A DNA stretch of 64,000 nucleotides, from NCBI GenBank assembly GCA_946965045.2, contig OX337237.1, forward strand, positions 2,294,001-2,358,000, read 5' to 3'. Below the pieces are notes generated by a model. It worked only from the letters and a program-made list of their open reading frames with translations, did not search any database and was not told where the DNA came from. Below, piece by piece: positions 47,040 to 56,829 of this stretch (position 1 is its first letter; each line of letters starts with the position of its first letter). This DNA is from Epithemia pelagica. Lineage: Eukaryota; Protista; Bacillariophyta. The translations under genes were made by a program, and so were the position numbers.

Positions 47040-50000
47040 TCACCAACCTTGATTCAGTTTCCGAATCCTCTCAAAAACATCACGGCAGAGTCCTTTGGTA
47101 AGATAGTCCGCTCGTTGCATCGTTGTTTCGATCTTGGAGATTCTAACTGTTGCATTCGTCCCTTTCACAGCTTCCCAGAACCAGTGGTATTTGTTGTTGA
47201 GGGATCTGGAACGGGACGAGAGGCGCTGGTTGTTGGCAAGAAGATACGCGCTGTTGTTGTCCTCATGGACTTCAGCAAAGATGGTTGGGGAGTCGGTGCC
47301 GAGGTCAAGGTGGTGGTTAATCTCGAACAAGATGTCTTGGAGCCACACAACAACACGCATGCTTTGCGAAAGCGCGACGTATTCGGCGTGGAAGGTACTG
47401 GTGGCAATCTCACTTTGGAGCTGAGATTTCCAGACCAAGGGACAACCGCCAAAATGGATGATGTATCCAGTGCGTGATTTGGCACTGATCGGTTCGTCCT
47501 CGGATTCACGGCCATGGAGGCCCATGAAATCCGCATCCACATAGCAATCAACCTTGAAGGCGGTTGTTGGCCGAAAAATTGTCCCACAATCTACAGTTCT
47601 CCAGAGGTATCGGACAATCATTTTGATGGCTTGGGCATGGGATTGTTTCGGGTTGGTTGAAAAGCGAGCGACTTGGGAGACGGCAAAACTGATATCTGGC
47701 CGTGTATTGGTGGAAAGGTAAAGGAGCATGCCGACGATGGAACGGTAGTTCCATTTTTCTTTCATCGGTGGTCCATCAGGGTCACTGCCAAGGCACACTT
47801 GGGAGGCTGGCACAAAGTTGCCATTGCAATTTGTCATGCCTGTGGCCTCAACGATCTTCTTAATGAGCCCTGGTTGGGTCATTGTAATTGTTCCATTTTT
47901 CCGAGTGAAATGGATGCCCAAGTACTCAGCAAAATCACTGTCCACGGAGAGCTCGAATCCTCGAGCCTTGAGTCGTTTCACAAATTCGTTGATTGCGTCC
48001 ATCGTTGGAGCAATAATACCACAATCATCCACCCAGAGAAACACCATCATGTTTTCCTTGAGGAAGACACATTCGTCGAATTTGCTCTGGGTGAAGCCAT
48101 CGTCGAGCAAGGCTTGTCGGAGACGTTGGTACCACAACCGAGGTGCAACCGAGAGTCCATAAAGGCTCTTGTGGAGTCGGAGACAGGTTTTGGTGGTCTT
48201 GGTGGAGGAGAAACCACGCGGAATATGGATCCAAACAGGATCTTTCAACTCGGCCTGAACGAAGGCATTGTTGAAATCGATGCAGACCATTGCCCAATTG
48301 CGAGCCAGGGCAAGTACCAGGGCGATACGAATCGAGGCCCAGTTGACGACGGGTGAGTAGGTGTCGAAATCACCTTCTTGAAGATCGCCGCGGACACAAT
48401 ATCTGGCCTTGTATTTCTTGATGGTTCCGTCTGGGTGGCGCTTGCGCTTGAAGACCCAGGTGCCAGGGATGATTCTTGATGTTGCTTCTTCCTCTGGAAC
48501 CTCAGTCCATGTACCCTTGTTAGTTAGTTCTTAAATTTCTACTCTAGCCGCTTCTCTCCAATGGTCAATATCCTTGTCTTGTCTTGCTTGTTCGTAGGAT
48601 AGAGTGTCTGGATCTGAAATGGCAACCTTGAATCCACTGATGTCATCGAATTCGGCTTGATTGGCGACATAGGATTGTTGGGCGGCGTCCATGTTCTCGA
48701 TGAGACGACTTGGTGAACGACGGACACGGTTGGATCGTCGAGCAGATGGTGCGTCGGAAGGAGGATTGCTTGGTGGCTCCCTCTGAGAGGGCGGCTCCCT
48801 CTGAGAGGAGGGCTGTCTCGAGGAGAGAGACTCCCTCTGAGGAGAAGAGGGATTGGAGGCTGGTGCCATGCGGAGAGGCGACAGTGGTGCTGGATTCTCC
48901 CTCTGTTCCGAGTGCACGGGGACAGGAGACGACGGGGAAGGCAAAACGAGCGGTTCCGAGAAGGAAACAGCAGGTTGGGGCCTTGGAGGTGTCGCCGCGC
49001 GCGGAGGGACATCGCGCACTGGCGTGTTCGGAGGTGGCACGGGAGGCGGAGAAGGGAGTGGGGCACTAACCGACGGGGCAAGACGAGACAAAGCAGTCGT
49101 GGAGGGCTGGGTGGTGGGAGTGGCTGGGGGAGGTCTGGGGACAGAGACGGCTGGCGTGTCAACAGAAAGAGGGACAGACGGAACAGTTCGTTCCATAGAC
49201 GTAAAAATATTGTCTTCAGAACGATGGTTGACAGCAGCAAGTGGTGCACTGGTGACAGCGTCGTCCACACAGTCATCGTTGTCGTACCCCGGTGAGTGCA
49301 GATGATTGGTCATGTCGCCAAAGACACTGTCAAGTCTGGAGATGTCTTCTGTGTTGTTGTGGTCGGCTGGAGTCGGCACCGTTGCAAACCAATCGTCGAA
49401 AACGACATGGTACTGCGGTGTGATGGCGCCCGTGGAAAGATTCAAAACGAGTGGTGCTGTGGTGGCATGGTTGGGAGAAAGTCCCATGTTCATCCCTCGT
49501 TGTGATCTTGGTTGCCATCTTGGCAGTTTCTTACCGTCTGCAATCCGTTTTTCCAGGACGTACACGGGTGCTCCCCAGACATGAAGATCGTGTAGCCGTT
49601 TTTGTGGCCATCTCGTTCTTGAAAAGATATCGTGGGGTGAGACGCCAGTGGACGGATTGGGAACGTGGTTGAAGACAAAGACGGCGTGGGAGACCGCCAT
49701 GGGCCAGAGGGTGGGATCCGCTGTCTCAGGCCAGTGGATGCTGGCGTGGAGCATCATCGTCCGAGCCATCGACATGATGGTTTGGATGGCTCGTTCGGCG
49801 ACGCCATTCTGGTGATGGGCGCCTACTCCAGCGTAGGACCGAATCTGGGCAAAGGTTTCGAGTTGCCTGGTGTAGTCTTGTGCAGTGAAACAGCTGCCGT
49901 TGTCAGTGTGGTATCGTTGGGGAACGACACCCACATCCTTGCAACGTTGCTCGAAGGTGAGTTTGGCATTCAAAGTCTCGTGAGTGTTGAGATGCGCCTG

Positions 50001-51760
50001 AAAGACCACATCGATGTGGCCGCTGGCGTGATCAACAAAGATGCATCCTCCGCAAAACATTTTCTCATCTTTTGTCTTTCCTTTCGACGTAAACAATCTA
50101 CCTTTCGTGGAGCAAATAAAGTGGTCCACCGACACACTTTGGCCCGGAAACAGGTCGTTGTTTTTGAGGGCACCGTCACGGTCGAGAACTTTGGTGACTG
50201 TTTGTCCTGGTGTTGACCGTTGTCGTTGCTTGCCGTATTGACAGGCGGCACACATGGGCGGACTCCGTAGTTTGCAGATGGCTGTGTGCAACTGACGGTT
50301 CGACGCAGAACGTGACAATACACCGGATTTAAAAAGGAATTGGATGGTGCGAAAGTTCATGTGGCAAAGTCGTTGGTGCCACCGAAGCCATTCCTTCTGT
50401 GGTTCGGTCAAGTTCAAGTTTCGTTCGTGGACGACGGTGATAGTGGTCACGAGTGCTCGGATGGATCGGTGGATTCCATCTTTTCCATAGCCATAGCAGG
50501 TGGGAAGGTTGTTGGTCGGGTTGATGGTTGCAAAGACCGGGGTCCGAGTAGAGTCGTCTTGTATCCCGCTGAGAGTCAATCCGCAGTCTTGAAGGGTGAT
50601 GGTTTCTCCGGGGTATTGTTGGAGGAGATGTGTTGTGCTCAACAATCTACAATTGGCCGATGGGATGAACAAGGCCAAGAGTTTGAGGGTGCGGAGATTG
50701 CCTCTGGTGTCCATGACGGACCAGTGGACGGTGCCGAGTCCGTTGATTGGGACGCCTTGGGCAACACCTTTGAGTTGCAGGTCTGGTCGTACTTTTCGGA
50801 TCGATCCAACAAAATCGGACTTGGTGTTTGACACAGCAATACTCGCTCTAGAGTCCCAGATGATGGGGAAACTGGATGAGTTTTGGTTTTCCATGGCGGA
50901 TCTGAATTTGGCTGGAGCTTGGAGGGCCATTTTCAAGGCTTCACTTTCTCCGAGTTGGTTAATGAGGGCGCAAAGTTGAGGTTCGGAGATGGAGTCTTGG
51001 TGGGATGGTCCATGGGTGTGCTGCTGGTTGCCTCGTCGTTGGCGTCGTCGGTGTCGATTGGAACGGTTTGGATGGCGTGCCCTCTGTGGAGCACCATTGT
51101 TTGGTGGACTCTCTCCCTCTGGTGTGGAGCAGAGGTTGGGGCAGTGGTGGAGCCACCATGTACGAAACGACGCAACAAACCATTCGGCCAGAGAAGAGCA
51201 TGCACGTGATGAAGCATGGCTCATCATTGGGTGTGCCCAAGGGTGCCGGCGAGGACGGAGATGGTGTTTGGAGCGGGGAAGGAGCCGATGTGTGAGGAGA
51301 AATTCACCAATCCACGAGAGGGTCAGGGGGATACAGCAGCCATAGTACCACAGATGGTGGAAAAAGACGGTTGGTTGGAGCCATGAAAGGGAAGCCACGA
51401 TAAGAGCAGAAAACGAAACAATCAAACTGAATTGGGAGGCCAAGGGATCTTGGTGCCGATTCCGAGGATATCGTGGTCGGGAGACAGGGGGACGCCTCGA
51501 CGGTGGTTGTTTGTTTGGTTGGTTGGTTGGTTGAACACATGCTAAGTTGGCATGAGGTTCGAACTTAATTCGTTTGCTCGGGGGTGGATCGGGGATGCAC
51601 GTGTTTTCACACTGCATTTGGGTGGCCGTGTAGTGGGGATTGGTGGCCATTTCCCAAGCGAAGGTGTACTGGATGCTCAAAGGAGGATCGAGGGCTCCGA
51701 GCCTGGAGTTGGGGACGGATTCATCATGGCGGAGAGTCTCGAGATGGAAGCGGACACTTG
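47040..51760 (-). pseudogene. pol: Copia pol (PR, GAG-pre-integrase/INT, RT, RNase H) with an in-frame TAA at 48533-48531 and a DSG to DSR protease site
   Basis: IIWDSRAS; WHQRLCH...CAACQ, VSVDH, YHTDNG, NGVAER (INT); KARYCVRG, IDFNNAFVQA, SLYGL, LWVDDC (RT); YVDADF, HEDNNSA, ADYLTK (RH). The frame continues unchanged past the TAA. Confidence 0.95.
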
Positions 51761-54700
51761 TTCGGGGAAAGGTCTTCTTCCTTGGTGATGGCCGTGTGCA
51801 CGTGGATGAGTCGGGCGACAGCTCGTTCCATGCATTGGATGCGGACTGCTGGATCGTCGGTGTCGAAGGTGCGACGGGGACGGGTCGTGTGAGACGGAGG
51901 TGAAGATGGCACAGCAGTTGGCTCGACCGGCGAGTAAAGACCAAGGGCATTCGTGCGAGGGGTGGTTGGCTCGGCTGGCACTGCAACAGCTGTTCGCCAC
52001 GCGTCAAGATGGCGGTTGAACGGAGTTGGAGGGCGGGCCAGTGGTGCACGTAGGGGGGTTCGGTCTTGGGGAGTACTGATGTTAGCAGAGTCGGTGGTCA
52101 CACTAATACTACTTATAACAGATACAGTAGATGAATCCAAATTTTCGGCTGGTGTAGAACCAGTGGCTTCGTCGGTGTCAGAAGCCAAAAGATCGTAGGA
52201 TGAGTCGTCGTCATTCGAAGGTGGATTCGAAGATTCGGTTGGTTCCCCACTGTTGTTGCGGGTAACAGCAGCATCAGATGGAGTATCGGTGGTGGTCTGG
52301 GAGGTTGGTGCACCATTGGAGTCATCATCACGATCGGCATCGTAGTTTGGGTTGTGGTCGTCGTCGGGAGGAGGACCATGGGAGTCGTCATCGTCGATGG
52401 TGTCGTCGTCATCTTCATCATTTCCATCGTCGGCGTCGTTGCCATCAACATCGTCGTCATCTCCATCGACGGTGTTGTCATCGGCCGGAGGAGGGGAGAT
52501 GATCATGGCCGAGGGAGAGGGGACGGGCAACGACACTTCGGTGGCGGTCGTGACGGCGGTTTCGTTGGCCGTAGTGGCCGTGGTGGAGCTGACACCGCTG
52601 TCGACGGTGTATTCGTCGAAGGAGGAGGAGGTATCATCATGATGGTGGTCAGGGGGGACGACGTCTTCGGGGTCAATTGGAGCGATGTCTTCCCCTAGGA
52701 ATGGAAAGTTGATGCATTCCAGGGGAAGACTGCCATAGTCGAAGTCTAAAGTCATGGCCGATGGATGGCCGAAGGGACGACTAAAGGGAACGAAGGGGCG
52801 GTTGTACGACGCGGTGGGGTGCGGTGTAGAGGGGATGTGACGGAAGGCAGCTTCGAAATTGGCTTCGCGTCGGTGATCGGTCGACGTGGGGTTATGGTCC
52901 ACGCGAGTGGGGACGGAGGTGACGGATGAATCGTTGGTGGTGTTGGCTTGGTGGGTACGACGGGGAGAACGGCCATGAGGAGCGGTGGACAGGGACAAAG
53001 TGGACATGTCGATGTCCAGGGCGTCAATGTTGCCTGGAGTTGGAGGTAGGAGGATGCTACGTGTGGAGGAGGCAACAGAGGTTTGTTCATGGTGTTCGTT
53101 GTCGTTCTTGTCTGCATCATTGGCGAAGGGTTTGCCATCGTCACTGGAGTCATCAACAAGACCAAAGTAACAATCAACGGTGTCGGAGCCAGCACCAAAA
53201 CAATCATCAGCAGCAATCCACAGGGGAGCGTCTTCACTTGGGGATGAGTTGGTGCTTGGAGGTTTGGAGGATGAGGAAAGGGAGACGGCGTCATCATCAT
53301 CTTCTTTGTCGGTGGGGGAAAACTCATCCCAGAAGGAGTCAGGGATGGAGTTGGAGGAGTTTTCGTCGTTTGCGGAAGGAGGAGACGCGTTCTCGTTTTC
53401 GGTTTCGTCTTGGTCGCTGCAAGCGACGCAAACGAGCTCGTCCATGTCGATGACCGCAGCCCAGGCGGAGGGGTCGAAGTCGACGGCCAGGGTGTGGGCT
53501 TGGGCTTGGCGGTTGTTTCGATTGTTGTTGTTGTTGCGGCGCTTGGTGGGAACGGGGCCATTGTGGGTGTCGGTGGTGTGGGTGGGCGTCCAGCGTTCGC
53601 AGATGCCACACCAGTTGTATGTTTTGCCATCGCTCTGTTTTTGGGTTGGTTGGTCACCGGTGGGTGCGATTTTCTTCCAGTTCGTGGATGAGGAGCTGTT
53701 GTTGCTGCGGTTGTTGTTGTTGCGAGCATTTCGTCCGCCTTGGTTGCCTCTTCCATCACGACCACCATGGTTGGATCGTTGCTGGGAGTTGGATTGGGAG
53801 TTGGAGCGACGGTTGGAGTTTTGCCCGGAGTTCTGCTTGGAGGAACGCTGGGGGCAATCTTTGGCCCAGTGATCTTGGGCGCCACAAATCAGACAGGCTC
53901 CTTTTGTGAAAGCACCACCCATGTGTTGCCGAAGGGCCATTGCTTGAACTTCAGTGAGTTTGCCGAAGACTTCGGGAGGAACCTTTGTATCTTTGTTGTT
54001 GCTCGACGGTGGCCAGGAGCCACGGTTGATTGCATCAGAGTACAAGGAGTCGGCCTTGTCGCAGATGTCTTTGAATGACAATTCGGCGGCTTCGAGATCG
54101 GCTTGTTGGTCCTGGTCCGATTTGTAACGGACTTCAAGAATCTTGGCTTGGATGAGCGGTTGGAGACTCAACAATCCAAGGTTGTAGAGGCTGTCTCCAT
54201 TCGCAAGAGAGAACGCTTCTAAGATGCCAAGGGTCAAGGTTTGTTTGTAAAATCCGGAGGCAAACAAGTCTTCGCAATCTGCTTTCATGTCGGCCGCCAT
54301 TTCCGTGATGTTTTGGCCGGCGTACATGAATGGGGTCCTGGAGGCGATCTTGGCGGCAAGTTTGTCATACTTGGTGACTGAATCAGACTGAAGAATGCTG
54401 ATAAAAGTCATCCAGGTAAGGCAGAACGAGTCGTTGGAAGAGGTCTTGGTTTCAATTCGCTGGCGGAGCTTGAGGTCGACGGATTCCAGAAGGCACAGAC
54501 GAGCGGCCGTGTCGTTTTCGGCGTCATATGTGTCAAACTGTTGGCAATGGGCCGCGGCGTTCTGTTGGACATGGCGCAGGGTGAAGCGAGTGTGCTCCTT
54601 CACAATATGGCGCATGCGGGTGTTGTCAGCGGGGTCGAGCATGTAGGCAATGGTGTCCATGCCGCGGAGAATGAGTGTCTCGTCGAGACGCTTCATGAAC

Positions 54701-55095
54701 TTGTGGAGGTTGTCTCCTTGGCGGAAACGATTCGACAATCCACCACAGCGGGTTTCGAAACCCGTGATGTCCTTCCCGAAACGACGTTGGTGAGGGGTGC
54801 GGGGAAAGGGGGTGGTTCCATTGAATGCGGCTGGATCCAGGCCTTTCCAATTCGCTAGGGGCTTGCCACCAGTCCAGGCAGCCCATTTATACTCATCGAG
54901 TTGGACTAAACCACCCATTCGAGGGCTTGGAGGCTTGAACGGGACGCGTTCGGTTGGTGCAGGGGCTGGAGGAGCAGTGGGAGGCATGGTTCCTTGGGTG
55001 GAGGAGTCGTCGGCACTTGGCTCAGCGGATGGATCGCTGGTGGTTTCTTCTTCACTGTCCGAGAGGAATTGGATTTCCTCTTCGATGGGGAGCAA
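51724..55095 (-). CDS. gag: Copia gag with a long acidic/Pro-Ser-Thr-rich extension
   Basis: CCHC knuckle CLICGAQDHWAKDC and second motif WCGICERWTPTHTTDTH, then about 550 aa of low complexity. Confidence 0.85.
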   Translation of the reverse strand: MLPIEEEIQFLSDSEEETTSDPSAEPSADDSSTQGTMPPTAPPAPAPTERVPFKPPSPRMGGLVQLDEYKWAAWTGGKPLANWKGLDPAAFNGTTPFPRTPHQRRFGKDITGFETRCGGLSNRFRQGDNLHKFMKRLDETLILRGMDTIAYMLDPADNTRMRHIVKEHTRFTLRHVQQNAAAHCQQFDTYDAENDTAARLCLLESVDLKLRQRIETKTSSNDSFCLTWMTFISILQSDSVTKYDKLAAKIASRTPFMYAGQNITEMAADMKADCEDLFASGFYKQTLTLGILEAFSLANGDSLYNLGLLSLQPLIQAKILEVRYKSDQDQQADLEAAELSFKDICDKADSLYSDAINRGSWPPSSNNKDTKVPPEVFGKLTEVQAMALRQHMGGAFTKGACLICGAQDHWAKDCPQRSSKQNSGQNSNRRSNSQSNSQQRSNHGGRDGRGNQGGRNARNNNNRSNNSSSSTNWKKIAPTGDQPTQKQSDGKTYNWCGICERWTPTHTTDTHNGPVPTKRRNNNNNRNNRQAQAHTLAVDFDPSAWAAVIDMDELVCVACSDQDETENENASPPSANDENSSNSIPDSFWDEFSPTDKEDDDDAVSLSSSSKPPSTNSSPSEDAPLWIAADDCFGAGSDTVDCYFGLVDDSSDDGKPFANDADKNDNEHHEQTSVASSTRSILLPPTPGNIDALDIDMSTLSLSTAPHGRSPRRTHQANTTNDSSVTSVPTRVDHNPTSTDHRREANFEAAFRHIPSTPHPTASYNRPFVPFSRPFGHPSAMTLDFDYGSLPLECINFPFLGEDIAPIDPEDVVPPDHHHDDTSSSFDEYTVDSGVSSTTATTANETAVTTATEVSLPVPSPSAMIISPPPADDNTVDGDDDDVDGNDADDGNDEDDDDTIDDDDSHGPPPDDDHNPNYDADRDDDSNGAPTSQTTTDTPSDAAVTRNNSGEPTESSNPPSNDDDSSYDLLASDTDEATGSTPAENLDSSTVSVISSISVTTDSANISTPQDRTPLRAPLARPPTPFNRHLDAWRTAVAVPAEPTTPRTNALGLYSPVEPTAVPSSPPSHTTRPRRTFDTDDPAVRIQCMERAVARLIHVHTAITKEEDLSPNKCPLPSRDSPP

Positions 55096-55256
55096 GGTGA
55101 AGCTTCCTAGGGAACGGGGAGAGTCGTCTTCACGTGGGGAGGACGACAGCTTGCAAGGGAGGGGGCGGCCGGAGGGGAGATTCAGGCGGCGAGAGGGTTC
55201 GAACGGATAAGCAAGAGCTTAGAGGCAAAGGATGCGTGAGCGGGTAAGGCAGTAAA

Positions 55257-55270
55257 GGGCGTAATAACCA
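55257..55270 (-). other. Copia primer-binding site
   Basis: Minus strand (T)GGTTATTACGCCC directly after the 5' LTR; TGG matches a tRNA CCA end. Cognate tRNA not identified. Confidence 0.7.
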
Positions 55271-55648
55271 GTCAAAGTACACAGGATACTCTGTAGTAGC
55301 TAGGGGTAGTACCTATATTGGCGTGGAGGTGATCAAGTCTCCACGACAATACACTAGAGAAGTTGTTTCACAACTTTCTGTTTGTTGATACTATAAGCTC
55401 TAGGTTTAGGAACTACATTCGATTCCTCATTTGATTCCTCACGAGGAATCAATTCCTCATTTACTCATGGAGGTTAGTTTGGAACCATTGATGCCAATGG
55501 CTAGAGCTTGGTTACTATGCGACGGGCAATGCCTTCTCTGGTAGTAAGGCATTGCTCTTGGATACATAGTGGGGACACGATTCTATGTCTCACAGATTCG
55601 AATCGTGACTGCCATATCGCCTGTCCGTCACACTGATTAACCGCGACT
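55270..55648 (-). repeat. Copia 5' LTR
   Basis: Direct repeat of 46620-46998. Confidence 0.97.
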
Positions 55649-55653
55649 GTTCC

Positions 55654-56680
55654 TTCTTCTTCTTGTCGATGCGGCAGCACATCCAAGGTCGTCCGGTTCG
55701 CTTTTACAGTGTTGGTTCTTCTCCTAGTATGGAGGTGTTTGGTCCCTCGATATGATGTTCCATCCTTAACAAGAACCAATAACTTTGATGAACAATCCTG
55801 TGCAGTAGGCATTTGGAATCAAGACACACTGCGGTTGGAAGAGAATCCCGAGTGTCCTCCTTCCCATGAATTGCTGCACATGTCGAGACCACCCACCAAC
55901 AAGACATTGACATTTTTGCTATTGCACTACAATGACAATTTCGATTTGGCCAATCAGCTGCATGAGTGGCGGACTTTCTCTCAATCAGCTCTGAATTCTA
56001 TTCAATTCCTCATAGTGGATGATGGTAGTGCTCCCCAACATTCGGCAGCCCATGTCTTGCAGGCCAATCGAGAAATTGCCAAACACTTTGATATTCTCGT
56101 GTATCGCATTGATCAAAATTTGCAATGGAATATTGGAGGAGCTCGGAATTTGAGATTTTGGATGGCCGATACACCGTGGGTCTTTATGAATGATGCCGAT
56201 ATTCAAGTCAAACCGGAAACAATGGACTTTGTGAACCAACTAGTGACCGAGAGTAGGAATCGAACCGATCCTCAACATGTCTACCTCTATTTTCAACGAT
56301 ATAGGGGTGATTCAAGGTACAAACCACATCCTGCCATTATGTTGCTGCGTCGACAGGATTACTGGAGACTGGGTGGGTGCGACGAAGACTTTGTGGGGCA
56401 CTATGGACAGACTGATGTCCATTTTCGACTCAAAATCGAACGATCACCGAACGTACAAGGACTAGAGATTCACAAACGAATGTCAAAGGAAAACGTTCCA
56501 GCACTTGTGCAAAGGAATGGGGATAGCGTTTGTCCATCGGAAATGAATTGTTTGATACAGTACAAGGGGCCAACTCCGAATCGTGATACCGCACACAACG
56601 AAAAACTCTATGCGAAAAAGGTAGAGGTGGGACGCTGGTCAACCAAGTGTTCGCGCTTTACGTGGAAACGCATAACTTGA
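55654..56680 (+). pseudogene. 3' part of a type II membrane glycosyltransferase (GT-A fold, GT2/GT7-like), disrupted by the copia insertion
   Basis: FLIVDDGS, WNIGGARN, VFMNDAD, LGGCDEDFVGHYGQTDVHF. The restored empty site gives a 367-aa ORF with an N-terminal TM segment. Confidence 0.85.
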
Positions 56681-56829
56681 GAGACATATGCATCGGTATG
56701 ATCCATACTTTCTAGAAGAAGTTATATTCCCAGCGATCAACATTGCTTTGAGCAGAGGGCCTTGTGAGGTACACCCAACACGTGCTTTTTCCAACGCAAT
56801 TAGATGGTGCTATTCGGCCTTGGTCTAAA

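Larger units (their letters stand above)
46620..55648 (-). mobile_element. Full-length Ty1/Copia (CoDi-like) LTR retrotransposon, very recent insertion
   Basis: Identical 379-bp LTRs, TSD GTTCC (46615-46619 and 55649-55653), PBS, PPT, and domain order gag-PR-INT-RT-RH. Confidence 0.97.

Noticed and set aside
51715-51760. Shared TGA-TGA gag stop with +1 pol frame in both LTR elements, suggesting a common programmed frameshift
   Set aside because: In the copia, codon pattern favours a switch about 30 nt earlier. Deleting one T restores a single gag-pol frame, and TGATGA is simply CAT GAT GAA read out of frame.
52113-54886. Numerous overlapping 60-380 aa ORFs on both strands, such as 52752..53885
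   Set aside because: They are shadow frames of the low-complexity copia gag. The same applies to most short ORFs overlapping other genes.
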